Below the pieces are notes generated by a model that worked only from the letters and a program-made list of their open reading frames with translations, made no database searches and was not told where the DNA came from. A stretch of 64,000 nt of DNA from an uncultured Rivularia sp. (GTDB taxonomy: Bacteria; Cyanobacteriota; Cyanobacteriia; Cyanobacteriales; Nostocaceae): positions 4,544,001 through 4,608,000 of the forward strand of contig OY762007.1 of NCBI GenBank assembly GCA_963665115.1, written 5' to 3'. Shown in pieces: positions 12,388 to 24,206 of the stretch. Made by a program: the position numbers and the translations under genes. Numbering within the stretch: the stretch's first letter is position 1; the number at the start of each line of letters is the position of its first letter.

Positions 12388-13710
12388 ATGCTGGAATTGT
12401 TTGGTTCGGGTTTAATTTCATTATGGTTAGACATGGCAGGAGTACAAGTTAAGCCAATGCAGGCTTTTGATAACTTAGCTTGGCAAGCTGGTACTGGCTT
12501 AGCTCTCGCCCCGGACCCAAATCCAACTAGAGGTAACACGATACGAGAATATCTTAAAGAACTACAAACATTAAAATTAATAAAACCCGAACAAACCCAA
12601 CTTCAAGGCATTTGGATGCAGTCAGGTCCGATACTGATGGCTAACCATCAAGGTACAAAACCCTTACCTGCTGCTTCTTTAACTAAAATTGCTACTTCAC
12701 TTGCTGCGCTCAAAAAATGGGGTCACGACCACAAATTTGAAACTTTGATAAGTGCTACCGGACCTATTAAAAACGGTGTATTGGAAGGAAATTTAGTAGT
12801 TAATGCTAGTGGCGATCCTTTATTTGTTTGGGAAGAAGCAATAACGATTGGCAATACGCTCAACAAAATGGGTATAAAGCGCGTCAATGGAAATTTAATT
12901 GTTGTTGGTAAATTTGCGATGAATTTCCAACGCAATCCCACATTAGCAGGACAAGCGTTAAAAAGGGCGCTCAATTTTGCTACTTGGCCCAGACAGATAG
13001 CCTTTCAGTATTCGCGAATGCCCAAAGGTACCCCAAAACCTCAAGTTGTAATTACAGGAAAAGTTGAAGTCAAAGACAAGGTTGAAATCTCTCAAATTCA
13101 ATTAATACGTCATCGCTCATTACCGATGGTGCAGTTAATTAATGAGATGAACGTTTTCAGCAACAATAAAATGGCAGAAATGCTTGCAGAATCTGTAGGT
13201 GGAGCAAGTGTAGTCCAATCAATTGCGGCTAAAGAAGCAAGAGTCCCGCAATTAGAAATTCAATTAATTAACGGTTCCGGATTAGGACAAGAAAATCGCA
13301 TTTCTCCCAGGGCTGCGACTGCGATGTTAATGGCAATTCAACGTTTAGCAACTCCTCACAATCTTACAGTCGCTGACTTTTTCCCCACTTCCGGCTTAGA
13401 TCATCGCGGCACAACTTACGCCAGACGCATTCCCAAATATACTGCTTTCAAAACTGGTACTTTAAGAGATGTCAGCGCATTAGCAGGAGTAATGCCGACA
13501 AAAAATCGCGGTTTGGTTTGGTTTGCAGTTATTAACAAAGGTGTTTACGTTCCGGGTTTCCGTTCCGAACAAGACAAATTACTGCAAAAAATGCTCAAAG
13601 ATTTAGAAGTACCAGCAACCGCTTCAAGTGGTGTGAGTCCTACTGAAGGGGTAAAAGCCATACCCGAGTTAGGTAAGGCTAGTCGTAATGATGTTTTGTA
13701 TGAAAGCTAA
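12388..13710 (+). CDS. dacB: D-alanyl-D-alanine carboxypeptidase/endopeptidase (peptidase S13, PBP4)
   Basis: SxxK (ASLTK), SNN, NGSGL and KTGTL motifs. Confidence 0.88.
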   Translation: MLELFGSGLISLWLDMAGVQVKPMQAFDNLAWQAGTGLALAPDPNPTRGNTIREYLKELQTLKLIKPEQTQLQGIWMQSGPILMANHQGTKPLPAASLTKIATSLAALKKWGHDHKFETLISATGPIKNGVLEGNLVVNASGDPLFVWEEAITIGNTLNKMGIKRVNGNLIVVGKFAMNFQRNPTLAGQALKRALNFATWPRQIAFQYSRMPKGTPKPQVVITGKVEVKDKVEISQIQLIRHRSLPMVQLINEMNVFSNNKMAEMLAESVGGASVVQSIAAKEARVPQLEIQLINGSGLGQENRISPRAATAMLMAIQRLATPHNLTVADFFPTSGLDHRGTTYARRIPKYTAFKTGTLRDVSALAGVMPTKNRGLVWFAVINKGVYVPGFRSEQDKLLQKMLKDLEVPATASSGVSPTEGVKAIPELGKASRNDVLYES

Positions 13711-13758
13711 ATTTAGGGAACTGGTAATTGGTAATTGGTAATTGATAATTGGTAATTG

Positions 13759-14920
13759 TTAATTATCAAAGTTCGGGATAATTTCTGTAATTACCCTCTC
13801 GCGCGAACTACCCCCCTTAACGACCACATTTTCTGTATTAAAATTACCAGTGGCACTATCACCTTTAAAAGTCAATTGAGGGTCCGTTTGAGCGTATGTA
13901 ACGTTTCCAGAGGCTTCTATTAATTGTTTGCTTAAATACCAAGTTAAATTATTCGATTGAATCGATTGACCTTTTTTTCCGATACCTCTAACGTCTCCTT
14001 GAACAAAAACTGTATCTTGAGGTATTTTTAATTCACCTCGATTCCCGCTTACAGTTATATTTTCAGTACGATGCACCACTTTCACTGGTGCATTTGTTTT
14101 AATATTTTCAGCGTTTACATTCCAAGTTATGGAATTACTAGCTATTTGTACCAAAGGATCTAGTAATTCGATAAAGGCATTTTTTGTAATATTGATAATT
14201 TTTGTTTTTAAGAAAATTTCAGCAGCATCTCCCCTACCGCGATCGGTGACTTTATTATTCTTGAAACGGCTAATTTGCATAGTGCGATCGCCAATTAATT
14301 TTTCCTGTTTAATCATCCAGGTTAATTGTTCGGTTTGCATTTGCAGTTGAGGATCGAATGATTTGGCTACTACTCCTCCAGAAAAATCAATCCGCTGTTC
14401 GCGGGTTTTAACTCTTGCTTCTTGGGCTACTGCTTGTAACTGTTTGTGAGTGCCGTTAAGTTGATTGCGAACAATCATTAAGTCTTCTTTGGGGTCGCCA
14501 TTCTAATTCATTACCTCGCAATACCACACCATTTTCAGGATCGGTTGCAACAATTTTACCTTTAAGAAATAATTGCTTTCCGTCTTGCCTAATATCAGCT
14601 TTGTCTGCTGTAATTTTGTAAACTATTTTACCGTCTTGATACAGTTCACCATAAGGATTCTCAGCATTACCTATTTGTTTTTCTTTGGTATATTTAGCTT
14701 GTTTAGCGTTTACTTTCCAAATTGGTTGACCTTTTTCATCAAATTGTTCTAAAGCTACACCTTGGAAAGTAAAGTTACTTTCGTCTTCTTGTACGGATTC
14801 GTCTTCGACTGGTTCGTCTTCAATAGTGGGCTTCTGGCTTCCACAACTAACTAATGTTAGAAGAGAGAAGGCGCAGGGCAGAAGGCAGAGGCTAAAAGCC
14901 CTGTGAGTTAAGCTTTTCAT
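13759..14920 (-). CDS. lptC: LPS export periplasmic protein LptC-like; +1 frameshift at 14491-14494
   Basis: Lipoprotein-like N-terminus and beta-jellyroll repeats. ORFs 14456..14920 and 13759..14478 join as WRPKEDLMIVRNQ if one C is removed. Confidence 0.8.
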
Positions 14921-15109
14921 CCTGGATATTGTAGAAAGTTTTTTGCGCCATACTCTACTAACAGACGTAGAAAAAATTAATATTATCCGTATTTTTCTAT
15001 TTTATTTTTTGTTTGCAATAAAGGCTTTAGCCTTAAGTAAATAATTTTCAAAGTCTTACCGCTACTTTCTAAAATAGTTAATCGCGGAGTTACCAAGCGG
15101 AGTACGATT

Positions 15110-15560
15110 TATAGTAATTTCTGCGGAAAAAACCTATGGTGGTAGTGGGAGCCGAAATTCTCCCTAGTACTCCACCACATTAGTTTTGCAGGGTAATCAA
15201 AATGTAGTGGGAGCGTCTCGCTCCCTCGTGACAATCAGCGAGCTTTCCCGCTCGCACTCCCGGAACCCAGCAGAATTATTGTGGGCAAGTACTAGTAGTC
15301 CTTTTCATTTGTTTTGACTGATTCGTTTTCTCGGTAAACCTTGGGAGACGTTATGTATAACGTCTCTACAACCCGTCAGAACAAATGAAATGCAATACTA
15401 GTCGCGAGCGAACAAGATGCTTCGACTACAGAAATTAATTGGAATGACTTACTTAATTAACATTGAATAACATAAAAACGTTCTCATAATTAAGATGCGT
15501 CAGTACTAAAAATCCTTCAATATTGAAAGAATTCAGCTAACTAACGCATCTTACATAAAG
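15110..15560. repeat. Cluster of REP-like hairpins with a nested MITE
   Basis: GTAGTGGGAGCGTCTCGCTCCC, GCGAACAAGATGCTTCGACTAC and AAGATGCGTCAG..CTAACGCATCTT palindromes. Confidence 0.7.
15292..15401. mobile_element. MITE with ~27-bp imperfect TIRs
   Basis: CTAGTAGTCCTTTTCATTTGTTTTGAC ... GTCAGAACAAATGAAATGCAATACTAG, enclosing a GAGACGTTAT..ATAACGTCTC REP hairpin. Confidence 0.7.
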
Positions 15561-15622
15561 ATAAATTTTGGATGATTCAGCAATAGATGTCCAATAACTT
15601 ATCCCGCTCTTGTTTTTATGCT

Positions 15623-16261
15623 TTATTCCTGAACTTCCAAACGAGGATCTACCATACCAGGTGCAGGTGATTGCTCTAGAAAACTCATTTCGGGTAATGG
15701 GCGGTAAGGATATCCCTGACGAGGTGTTTTTTGAATATCATCTTTAACGGCTTCTAAATCAATGTAGCGATCGGAAACGTTAATCAAACTATCACTAGTC
15801 ATAGAACGTAAACTTACTACTTCTACTCTAACCCCGCGATAACTAACTGAATTCACAGCATATGCTAAATCCCCATCGCCACTGACCAAAACAGCAGTAT
15901 CGTAGGAATCTACTAAAGCCATCATGTCTACTGCTATTTCCACATCCAAATTAGCTTTTTTGGAGCCATCCGGTAGCTGCACCAAATCTTTAGCTATTAC
16001 TCTGTAACCATTGCGCCGCATCCATAATAAAAATCCCTGCTGTTTCTCATTTGTCCGATCTACACCAGTATAGAAAAACGAACGCAGCAATCTCGAACCA
16101 CCTGTCAACCTGGAAAGCAATTTGGTGTAATCAATTTCAATGCCCAACTGTAACGCTGCGTAAAATAAATTTGAGCCATCAATAAATATCGCTACACGAC
16201 CTCTATTTTCTAAAACTTGTTCTGGCGTAAATATTGACTCTTCTTGTAAATTATTCAACAT
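15623..16261 (-). CDS. NYN domain (LabA/DUF88) protein
   Basis: FIDGSN, DVEIAVD and LVSGDGD motifs. Confidence 0.9.
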   Translation of the reverse strand: MLNNLQEESIFTPEQVLENRGRVAIFIDGSNLFYAALQLGIEIDYTKLLSRLTGGSRLLRSFFYTGVDRTNEKQQGFLLWMRRNGYRVIAKDLVQLPDGSKKANLDVEIAVDMMALVDSYDTAVLVSGDGDLAYAVNSVSYRGVRVEVVSLRSMTSDSLINVSDRYIDLEAVKDDIQKTPRQGYPYRPLPEMSFLEQSPAPGMVDPRLEVQE

Positions 16262-16539
16262 TTTTCTGATACCTCATTTGTTATTGTTGCAATTATGTTT
16301 GTTATTCTTGTAATAATTGAAACTTAGGCGTTACATTGATACGTAAGTTTCGGCTATTTATGATAATCATTCAAGGCTAATACTTACACCTTGATAAATC
16401 AACCTTTGTAACTAGCACGAGCATGATTTTAGATTTATAATTTGCTTCCTTTTTGCTTTTATTTTCTTGCGAGAGACACAATCCAAAATTTTTGCATCAA
16501 ATTCTGCATCAAATATTGAATTACTATCCCCTAATTAAA

Positions 16540-18138
16540 TTAATTCAGTTCAATAATTTGAAAAATCGGCTTTGCTTTGCCTAACTGCTGTTCGCTACTA
16601 AGCAGCCCCCAGTTTCCATGTCTGGCAAAGGGCGCGGAATTCGCAGTATCAGTTTGATTATTAAAGTCAATTCCAAAACCCAGTTGCTGATATATATCGC
16701 TACTAATATTTGGAATTACGGGAGAAATCAGATAAGCTCCCAACCTTACCGATTCTAAGACTACATACAAAACCTGTTCTAACTCTTGTTGTTTTCCTTG
16801 TTTGTATAATGACCAGGGTGCTTGTTCGTCAATATATTTATTACAAGCTTGAGACAATCGCAGAACTCCTTCGCAGGCTCGATCGAAGGCTAGGGCTTCG
16901 TAGTTAGTTTTTACCTGTTCCCCTAATCGCAAGCCAATAGCTTTCAAAGGATTATCATCAGGGACATTTTCGCTGGCAATTGAGGGTACGTTTCCCCCAC
17001 AATATTTTTTGACCATGTTTAAATTGCGATTTAGCAAATTACCTAAATTCTTCGCCAAATCTGCATTTACAACCTCAACGAATCTAACTTCATTAAAATC
17101 GCCATCTTTACCAAACCCGATTTCCTTAATAAAGTAATAACGAATTGCATCCGAACCATATTTCTCTACCAAGGCTACAGGATCGATGGTATTACCAAGG
17201 CTTTTACCCATTTTCTGACCATCCTTGGTCAAAAAACCGTGTCCAAATACTCTTTTAGGTATTGGTAAATTGGCACTCATCAACAATGCAGGCCAGGAAA
17301 CCGCATGAAAGCGTAAAATATCTTTACCAATTAAATGCAAATTGATTGGCCACCATTTAGCCAAAGCGTTTTCTAATGTTGGCTCTGAGTCCGGTTCGAG
17401 TAATGCAGTTACATATCCGAGCAAAGCGTCAAACCAAACATACAAAGTATGCTTTGGATCGTTAGGTACTGGAAAACCCCATTCTAAATTCACTCGCGAA
17501 ATCGAAAAATCTTGCAACCCTCCTTTAATAAAGTTGAGAATTTCGTTCCGTCTACTTTCTGGTTGAAGAAAATCCGGTCTAGACTGATACAATTCTTCGA
17601 GTTGACTTTGATATTTTGATAGCTTAAAGAAATAATTTTCCTCGTCTCGCCATTCCACTTCTTTATTAGTATGGATGGGACAACGATTTCCTTCTAGCAA
17701 TTCACGTTCTTCTTTGAATTCTTCGCAAGAAACGCAATACCAACCTTTTTGCTGACCAAGATAAATATCGCCGCTTTCCCAGAGTCTTCCAAAAAACTCT
17801 TTTACTATCGTTTCATGGTTTGGATTGGTAGTACGGATAAAGCGGTCGTATTGAATATTGAGCAATTCCCACAGAGAGACAAATCCCGCAGACATTTGGT
17901 CGCTAAATTCTTGGGGTTCAAGACCTTTACTTTCTGCCGTTCGTTGAATTTTCTGCCCGTGTTCGTCGGTACCCGTAATTAAAAGTACCGAGCGACCCAT
18001 AAGCCTTTGGAAGCGTGCCATCACATCTGCCGCCATTGTCGTGTAGGCACTGCCGATATGAGGCAAATCGTTTACATAATATAACGGTGTAGTAAGAGCA
18101 AATGTATTTTTCGTTTTATCCACTAGACTAATGCACAA
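16540..18138 (-). CDS. metG: Methionine--tRNA ligase
   Basis: HIGS, GTDEHG, YVWFDAL and KMGKS motifs. Confidence 0.97.
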   Translation of the reverse strand: MCISLVDKTKNTFALTTPLYYVNDLPHIGSAYTTMAADVMARFQRLMGRSVLLITGTDEHGQKIQRTAESKGLEPQEFSDQMSAGFVSLWELLNIQYDRFIRTTNPNHETIVKEFFGRLWESGDIYLGQQKGWYCVSCEEFKEERELLEGNRCPIHTNKEVEWRDEENYFFKLSKYQSQLEELYQSRPDFLQPESRRNEILNFIKGGLQDFSISRVNLEWGFPVPNDPKHTLYVWFDALLGYVTALLEPDSEPTLENALAKWWPINLHLIGKDILRFHAVSWPALLMSANLPIPKRVFGHGFLTKDGQKMGKSLGNTIDPVALVEKYGSDAIRYYFIKEIGFGKDGDFNEVRFVEVVNADLAKNLGNLLNRNLNMVKKYCGGNVPSIASENVPDDNPLKAIGLRLGEQVKTNYEALAFDRACEGVLRLSQACNKYIDEQAPWSLYKQGKQQELEQVLYVVLESVRLGAYLISPVIPNISSDIYQQLGFGIDFNNQTDTANSAPFARHGNWGLLSSEQQLGKAKPIFQIIELN

Positions 18139-19164
18139 ATAAAATTACTTTTAAAAAAAACAGTTTTTTATCCGAACTTTTTCAGATAAAACTACATCAT
18201 TATACAATATTAGCCATGCTTTTTCAATCTACATTTTAATGTTAACAAATTTATTTGCTTTCGGTTTATTTAAAAATAAGTATAAGTAGAATTGATTATT
18301 GTCTGAATCCCTTATTTATAGCCTAATTATTATTGACAAAGACTTTTTGAATTCTTGTTACTATAAATACAAATTATTTTGCTGAGAAAAAATATATCCT
18401 TTATAAGGCTAATTTTTTCAGTCTAAATCAAGCCACATCTATATATAAAAATGTAAACAATTGCTTTAGTTAAATTTCGATATTCTGATAGAATTGATAT
18501 TGAAAACTTATGAATTAAAATAATTCGATGCTAATTTCTAAGTTACGACTAAATTTATTATCGTTCAATTTAGCTTCATTATTATAAGAGTTGGATACAT
18601 CAAGGTGCAAGGGTGTTTTAGTAAGTAACTATTCACTTCGTTGTAAATGCACCTATTTTTATGGCGACATTATTCAATAGCATTTGCTTTGTTTTTAATA
18701 GCAAAATAAGACAAGCGTTAATAATGCGAGAACTTGTAAAATATTTCAACTAAACTCTATAAATTTATTTCGGTTAAGATTGCTTTTCGAGCGTATTGCT
18801 AACAAATGTTAGAAGTTGTGCAATGAAATACCAGTTACGATTGCTTCTTTCTTATGAAATTAAAACAAATACCGTACCTATAAGGTAATCAATCTGGTTA
18901 GTATGGGTAATCTATAGTTGTCTTAGTCATACTACTCTATAAGTTGTCCTTATTAGAACGCAGCAACACCAAAAATATTTCTGGAAAAACACGCAAGAAC
19001 TATAGTAGAAGAACTTACACTTTCATTGTGAGTCAAAAATCACAAACAAAATTTATTAAAGTTGCCTTATCGATGTATATCAAAGAAGATTAACTCAAAC
19101 GTTTTTTCAAAACTTTCAGAATCTATAATTTTTCAATTGACTATTGACAATTAACTACTAACCG

Positions 19165-19980
19165 ATGAATAGATCAAAAGTTGGACTACAGCCGTGTTTC
19201 CTTGCTCCAAGAACAATACACTCAGATTATCCGCTATTTATATATTTGCCAGGAATGGATGGCTCGGGGCAACTATTGCGAACTCAAACGGAAGGTTTGG
19301 AAGCTGGCTTTGACGTGCGTTGTTTGGCAATACCGCGAGATGACTTGACTAACTGGGATGAACTTGTGTCAAGCGTGTTGAAGTTAATTCACGCCGAAAT
19401 CGAAAATACACCCGAAAGATCGGTGTATCTTTGTGGAGAATCATTTGGGGGTTGCTTGGCACAGAAGGTGGCAATTGCAGCACCACATCTGTTCAAGCGG
19501 ATAATACTTTTAAACCCTGCTTCCAGCTTTCGGATTCGTCCTTTTTTTGACTGGGGTTCGCAGTTTACCGGCTTTGTACCTAACTTTTTTTATGACGTAG
19601 GTGCTTTTGGATTACTACCCTTTCTAGCTTCCTTACCAAGAATGAGCAGTAGCGATCGCCAAGAACTTTTGCAAGCTATACGCTCTGTTCCAGCTGAAAC
19701 AATACGTTGGAGAATATCATTGCTTCGGGAGTTTTACATTGACGAATCCAAACTGAGTCAATTAACTCAACCGATTTTATTAATTGCTGGTGCTAATGAT
19801 AGACTTTTACCTTCTACCACAGAAGCTTTAAGGCTAGGAAATCTTTTTCCCAAGGCTACAATCCTAGTACTCAAAGAAAGCGGACACGCTTGTTTGTTAG
19901 AAAAAGATATCAATCTTTACGAAATTATGCGCGATAATAACTTCTTAGAATGCAGTAGCGAAGTTAAATCGACACCTTGA
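19165..19980 (+). CDS. Alpha/beta hydrolase
   Basis: LPGMDG, GESFGG nucleophile elbow and GHACLLE. Confidence 0.88.
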   Translation: MNRSKVGLQPCFLAPRTIHSDYPLFIYLPGMDGSGQLLRTQTEGLEAGFDVRCLAIPRDDLTNWDELVSSVLKLIHAEIENTPERSVYLCGESFGGCLAQKVAIAAPHLFKRIILLNPASSFRIRPFFDWGSQFTGFVPNFFYDVGAFGLLPFLASLPRMSSSDRQELLQAIRSVPAETIRWRISLLREFYIDESKLSQLTQPILLIAGANDRLLPSTTEALRLGNLFPKATILVLKESGHACLLEKDINLYEIMRDNNFLECSSEVKSTP

Positions 19981-20121
19981 AACCTTTTGAAATGCCCGGT
20001 ATTGTTAACTACCGGGCTTCAAAATTAACTAATATTTAGGAATGGTCGCACTTAGATATTTAAAATCGCTGTAATCAAGAGTTCCCTGTTCCCTTTTCCC
20101 TATAGCCTAAAACCTTACAGA

Positions 20122-20382
20122 TTAGATTGTCCTCCGAATGCCGATGGCCTGAATATGCGTAAACAAGCAGGTTTAAATACAGAAGTAATTACTTTAATTC
20201 CATGTAATGCAGTTGGGATTCAAGATAGAAAACAAAGATACGATCGAGGTGGAATAGAATGGTATCTCATAGAATATCAAGAAAATACTGGATGGGTTGC
20301 TGGCAAATATCTCAAACAGCAAGCTATTAATCCGAACAAAACTACAAAATCTTCCAAATTAATTGCAAAAAAAAGACCCTGA
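20122..20382 (+). pseudogene. Bacterial SH3-domain gene fragment
   Basis: ADGLNMRKQAGLNTEVI...WYLIEYQENTGWVAGKYL resembles SH3b; no signal peptide or clear start. Confidence 0.5.
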
Positions 20383-20417
20383 CTTCAAATCAGAGTCCTA
20401 ACATGGTGCATCTACAG
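20367..20417 (-). ncRNA. NsiR1-like small RNA, single copy
   Basis: Minus strand TGTAGATGCACC (NsiR1-type 5' motif), then a GGACTCTGA/TCAGGGTCT hairpin and U8 tail. Confidence 0.6.
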
Positions 20418-20423
20418 TTTTAA

Positions 20424-20452
20424 TATTCATGGCATAAATTTTGTTGTCCGCA
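20424..20452 (-). promoter_or_regulatory. DIF1-like (heterocyst-differentiation) promoter
   Basis: TGCGGA (1 mismatch to TCCGGA) at about -35, an 18-nt spacer, then GAATA, upstream of the NsiR1-like motif. Confidence 0.5.
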
Positions 20453-20982
20453 TACTCAACCAGCATATTATACTTTTTTCAACAAAATTTCATATAAAAG
20501 GCTAGTTATTAAAGTTTATACAAATACAAGTATCTGCGGCTACATATAAATATTAATTTCATAATTGACATCTAAAAATGAATCATGATTCTATAACTTT
20601 CAATGCGAAGAAAAGGGTTTATGTGTGTTTTCAAATTAAACTTTTCTACATAAAAAATAGATTTACAACATAAAGATACCGCTGGTTAAAAAATATTTTA
20701 TGCTAAATTTTGTAAAAAAACGACTAAAGGCTGCGCTGGATAACACAAACTATATTTTTGGGCAAAAATAAATTATTCCTTGAAAGTCTTTTGAGGCTGT
20801 TTTTCATTACTTTTTAAAACGTTTAATTTCCCATAACTTTGACTTAGTAAGTACCGCTCTCGCCATCATTTTTATTCATTTAGTCGCAGTACAATTGCGC
20901 TTTTAGATGGATGTAAAGGTAATAGTTGCTCGGCTATATCTTAGATAAGAAATAATTTTATGTGTATATCGGGTATCTTTAA

Positions 20983-22251
20983 ATGTCAGATAAAGCCGGA
21001 CAAAAATCATCTCAACCAAATCCTCGGGCTTCACAAACAGAAGTTCATATTCAACCCCAAGCCAAAGAGAAAAATATAGAAATACCATTAGAAGAAGATT
21101 CAAATACATCCCCTTTAGAATCCTTGGCTAAAACGGTAAGTGAAGTAGGCGGAACAATTACCAATACTGCATTAGGAGTAGGAGCTATTGTTGGTGGTGG
21201 CGCTCTAGAAGCAGGCTCGGCAGTAGTTTCCACCGTAGCCTCCGTAGGGGAAGTTGCGGCAAAACAAACTCACAAAATGATCGAGCAAGCCACCGAAACC
21301 GCAGGAAACGTAGTCAGTCATATTTCCGATAACTGGCTAATTCACAGATTAGCTGGAGTCGTTAATTTAAATTGGCTTGTAGGTGCTAGCGATAATATTG
21401 ACTTCGTAAAAGCAGAAGCCGCAGTTAAGCATTTAAAACAAAAGCATCCTACTGAATCGCCAAGTCAATTAGCCCATCGCATCATGATGGATAAAGCAGT
21501 CAAAGCCGGTGGAATTGGCTTAACCACAAGTATTATACCGGGTGCTGCTGCGGCATTATTGGCAGTTGATTTTGCCGCAACAACAGAATTACAGTCAGAA
21601 ATGGTTTATCAGATTGCATCTATTTATGGGTTAGATTTGCAAGACTCAGCCCGCAAAGGTGAAGTATTAGCAATTTTTGGCTTAGGATTGGGAGGTGGTC
21701 GTCTTTTAAAAACAGCAGGACTAAGTTTACTGCGAAATATACCTTTTGCTGGTGCTGTAATTGGTGCGAGCGCTAACGCCACGATGATTTTTTCTTTGGG
21801 ATATGCTGCTTGTCGTTTTTATGAAACGAAACTGGATGCATCAGAATCTTTAAGCAGCGAAGAAACAATCGCCAAACTACAGCAACAAAGCGAAAATTAT
21901 CTAGAGACTGCCATTGTTCAAGAAGCAGTAATGGATCAAATTTTAGTACACATGATTCTTGCAAGTCATCCAGAACAAACTTGGGCAGAAATACAGCCGC
22001 AGTTGGAAAACTTAAACCTTAGTTCTAATTCCTTAGAAGCAATCGAGCAAAATATTAAATCTCCCCAGCCTTTGGATACACTGCTCAATAAATTAAATCG
22101 AGATTTTGCAGCACCTTTATTAGCTCAATGTTATAGAATTGCTAAATTAAACGATGAAACCACCTCGGTAGAACAAAATATCATCAATGCTATTACTAAC
22201 AAATTTGATGTTGATGCGAATTCTATTGAGTCGGTAGTTAAGAATCAATGA
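20983..22251 (+). CDS. EcsC/DUF697-like membrane-associated protein with possible TerB-like C-terminal domain
   Basis: 422-aa ORF with Gly/Ala-rich helices, QSEMVYQIASIYG and NIPFAGAVIGASANA. Confidence 0.7.
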   Translation: MSDKAGQKSSQPNPRASQTEVHIQPQAKEKNIEIPLEEDSNTSPLESLAKTVSEVGGTITNTALGVGAIVGGGALEAGSAVVSTVASVGEVAAKQTHKMIEQATETAGNVVSHISDNWLIHRLAGVVNLNWLVGASDNIDFVKAEAAVKHLKQKHPTESPSQLAHRIMMDKAVKAGGIGLTTSIIPGAAAALLAVDFAATTELQSEMVYQIASIYGLDLQDSARKGEVLAIFGLGLGGGRLLKTAGLSLLRNIPFAGAVIGASANATMIFSLGYAACRFYETKLDASESLSSEETIAKLQQQSENYLETAIVQEAVMDQILVHMILASHPEQTWAEIQPQLENLNLSSNSLEAIEQNIKSPQPLDTLLNKLNRDFAAPLLAQCYRIAKLNDETTSVEQNIINAITNKFDVDANSIESVVKNQ

Positions 22252-22254
22252 TCA

Positions 22255-22435
22255 ATTATCAATAATCAAATAATCAAATGGGCATAGGGGATTGGGCATT
22301 GGGAATTGGTAATTGGTAATTGGTAATTGGGAAAGAAAAATTTTGACCTTTAACCTTTAACCTAAATTACTCACTCCTCACTCCCAACTTCCAACTCCTA
22401 ACCACTAACAACTAACAACTAACCACTAACCACCA
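22255..22435. repeat. STRR arrays (TTGGTAA, TTGGGCA, AACCACT)
   Basis: Tandem 7-mers. Similar arrays at 7781-8003, 8890-9090, 13720-13758, 31670-31800, 39855-39960 and 51215-51345. Confidence 0.9.
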
Positions 22436-22502
22436 ATTGTTGAGTACAAACCGCGATTTTTAAGCAATACTGGTACAAGTAAAGTCAATTTTTGGATACG
22501 AA

Positions 22503-23979
22503 ATGGAAATTAGAGCGAGTAATACACCGCTTTCAGATTGGTCTGGTGATGGTTTAGCTATAGGATTATTTGAAGATAACTTGGATTTAAGTGGCGATTT
22601 AGCTGCTGTGGACAAAAAGTTATCTGGTGCCTTAAAAGAATTAATAGAAGACGAAGAATTTAAAGGAAAGCCTAATAGTACTGCTTTCACTCGCTTAAGT
22701 GGTGGTACTTCTATTCGTAAAATTATGTTAGTTGGCTTGGGTAAAGCCGATGCTTTGAATGCTGAAACTTTACGACGTGCAGCAGCTTCAGTAGGAAAGT
22801 TAGCTAAGAAGCAGAAGTGTAAGACTTTGGGCATCAGCTTACCAGTTTGGAATGATGACACCGCGCAAACTGCACAGGCGATCGCTGAAGGTGTACAACT
22901 AGCACTTTATCAAGATAACCGTTTCAAGTCGGAACCCGAAGAAAAAGAAACACAAGTCGAAACCGTAGATTTACTAGGTTTGAGCGGACAAGAAGCAGCC
23001 GTTACCCTTGCAAATCAAATAGCTTCGGGGGTAATGTTGGCACGACAATTAGTTGCAGCGCCAGCTAATGAAGTAACCCCGATAACTATGGCGGAAGTCG
23101 CTCAAGCTATGGCCTCCGAACATAATTTAGAATTAGAAATTCTGGAAAAAGAAGAGTGTGAAAAGTTAGGTATGGGTGCCTTTTTGGGAGTAGCGCAAGC
23201 TTCTGATTTGCCTCCGAAGTTTATTCACCTTACTTATAAACCTCAAGGTACGCCAAAACGTAAGCTAGCCATTATTGGTAAAGGTGTAACCTTCGATTCT
23301 GGTGGATTAAATATTAAAGGTGCTGGCAGCGGAATTGAAACCATGAAAATGGATATGGGTGGTGCTGCGGCTACCTTGGGTGCTGCTAAAGCAATTGCTC
23401 AACTCAAACCTGATGCCGAAGTTCACTTTATTTCTGCCGTTGCGGAAAACATGATTAGCGGACACGCCATGCATCCCGGCGATATTCTTAAAGCTTCTAA
23501 CGGTAAAACTATCGAAGTTAATAACACTGACGCTGAAGGACGTTTAACCTTAGCTGATGCGTTAGTCTTTGCTGACAAGTTAGGAGTAGATGCCATCGTG
23601 GATTTAGCAACTTTGACAGGAGCCTGTATCGTTGCTTTGGGTAATGAAATCGCCGGGTTGTTTACTCCCAGCGATGAATTAGCATCTGAATTACAGAAAG
23701 CTTCCGAAAGTGCTGGAGAGAAATTCTGGCGGATGCCGATGGAAGAGAAGTATTTTGAAGGATTAAAATCTGGTATTGCCGATATGAAGAATACCGGGGC
23801 CTCGTGCGGGTGGTTCGATTACTGCATCTTTGTTTTTGAAGCAATTTGTTAAAGATACCCCCGCTTGGGCGCATTTAGACGTTGCAGGACCAGTTTGGAC
23901 GGATAAGGACAACGGTTATAATCCTTCTGGTGCAACTGGTTTCGGCGTGCGGACTTTGGTTAATTGGGTTTTAAGTTAA
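22503..23979 (+). CDS. pepA: Leucyl aminopeptidase; +1 frameshift at 23796-23799
   Basis: [19 protein letters not shown] and NTDAEGRL motifs. Removing one G gives [12 protein letters not shown]...WAHLDVAG...VNWVLS* ending at 23979. Confidence 0.95.
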
Positions 23980-24206
23980 TAGTTTAATTAGTTTTTGAGG
24001 TGGGCAAATGCCCACCATTGGTTTAATCTGAAACTTTCAACATTGGCTTATTGTTTTTAAATAAAAGATTTCCAAAAACTTTCTACTTAGTTTTTATAAA
24101 ATAAAAATTATCTATAACAAAAACAACTTAATCAGGATTTACCTGTAATTATTTCTTAAAAACTATTTTCCTGATAATAATAAACAGTGGATTTAGCTAA
24201 TAAAAT

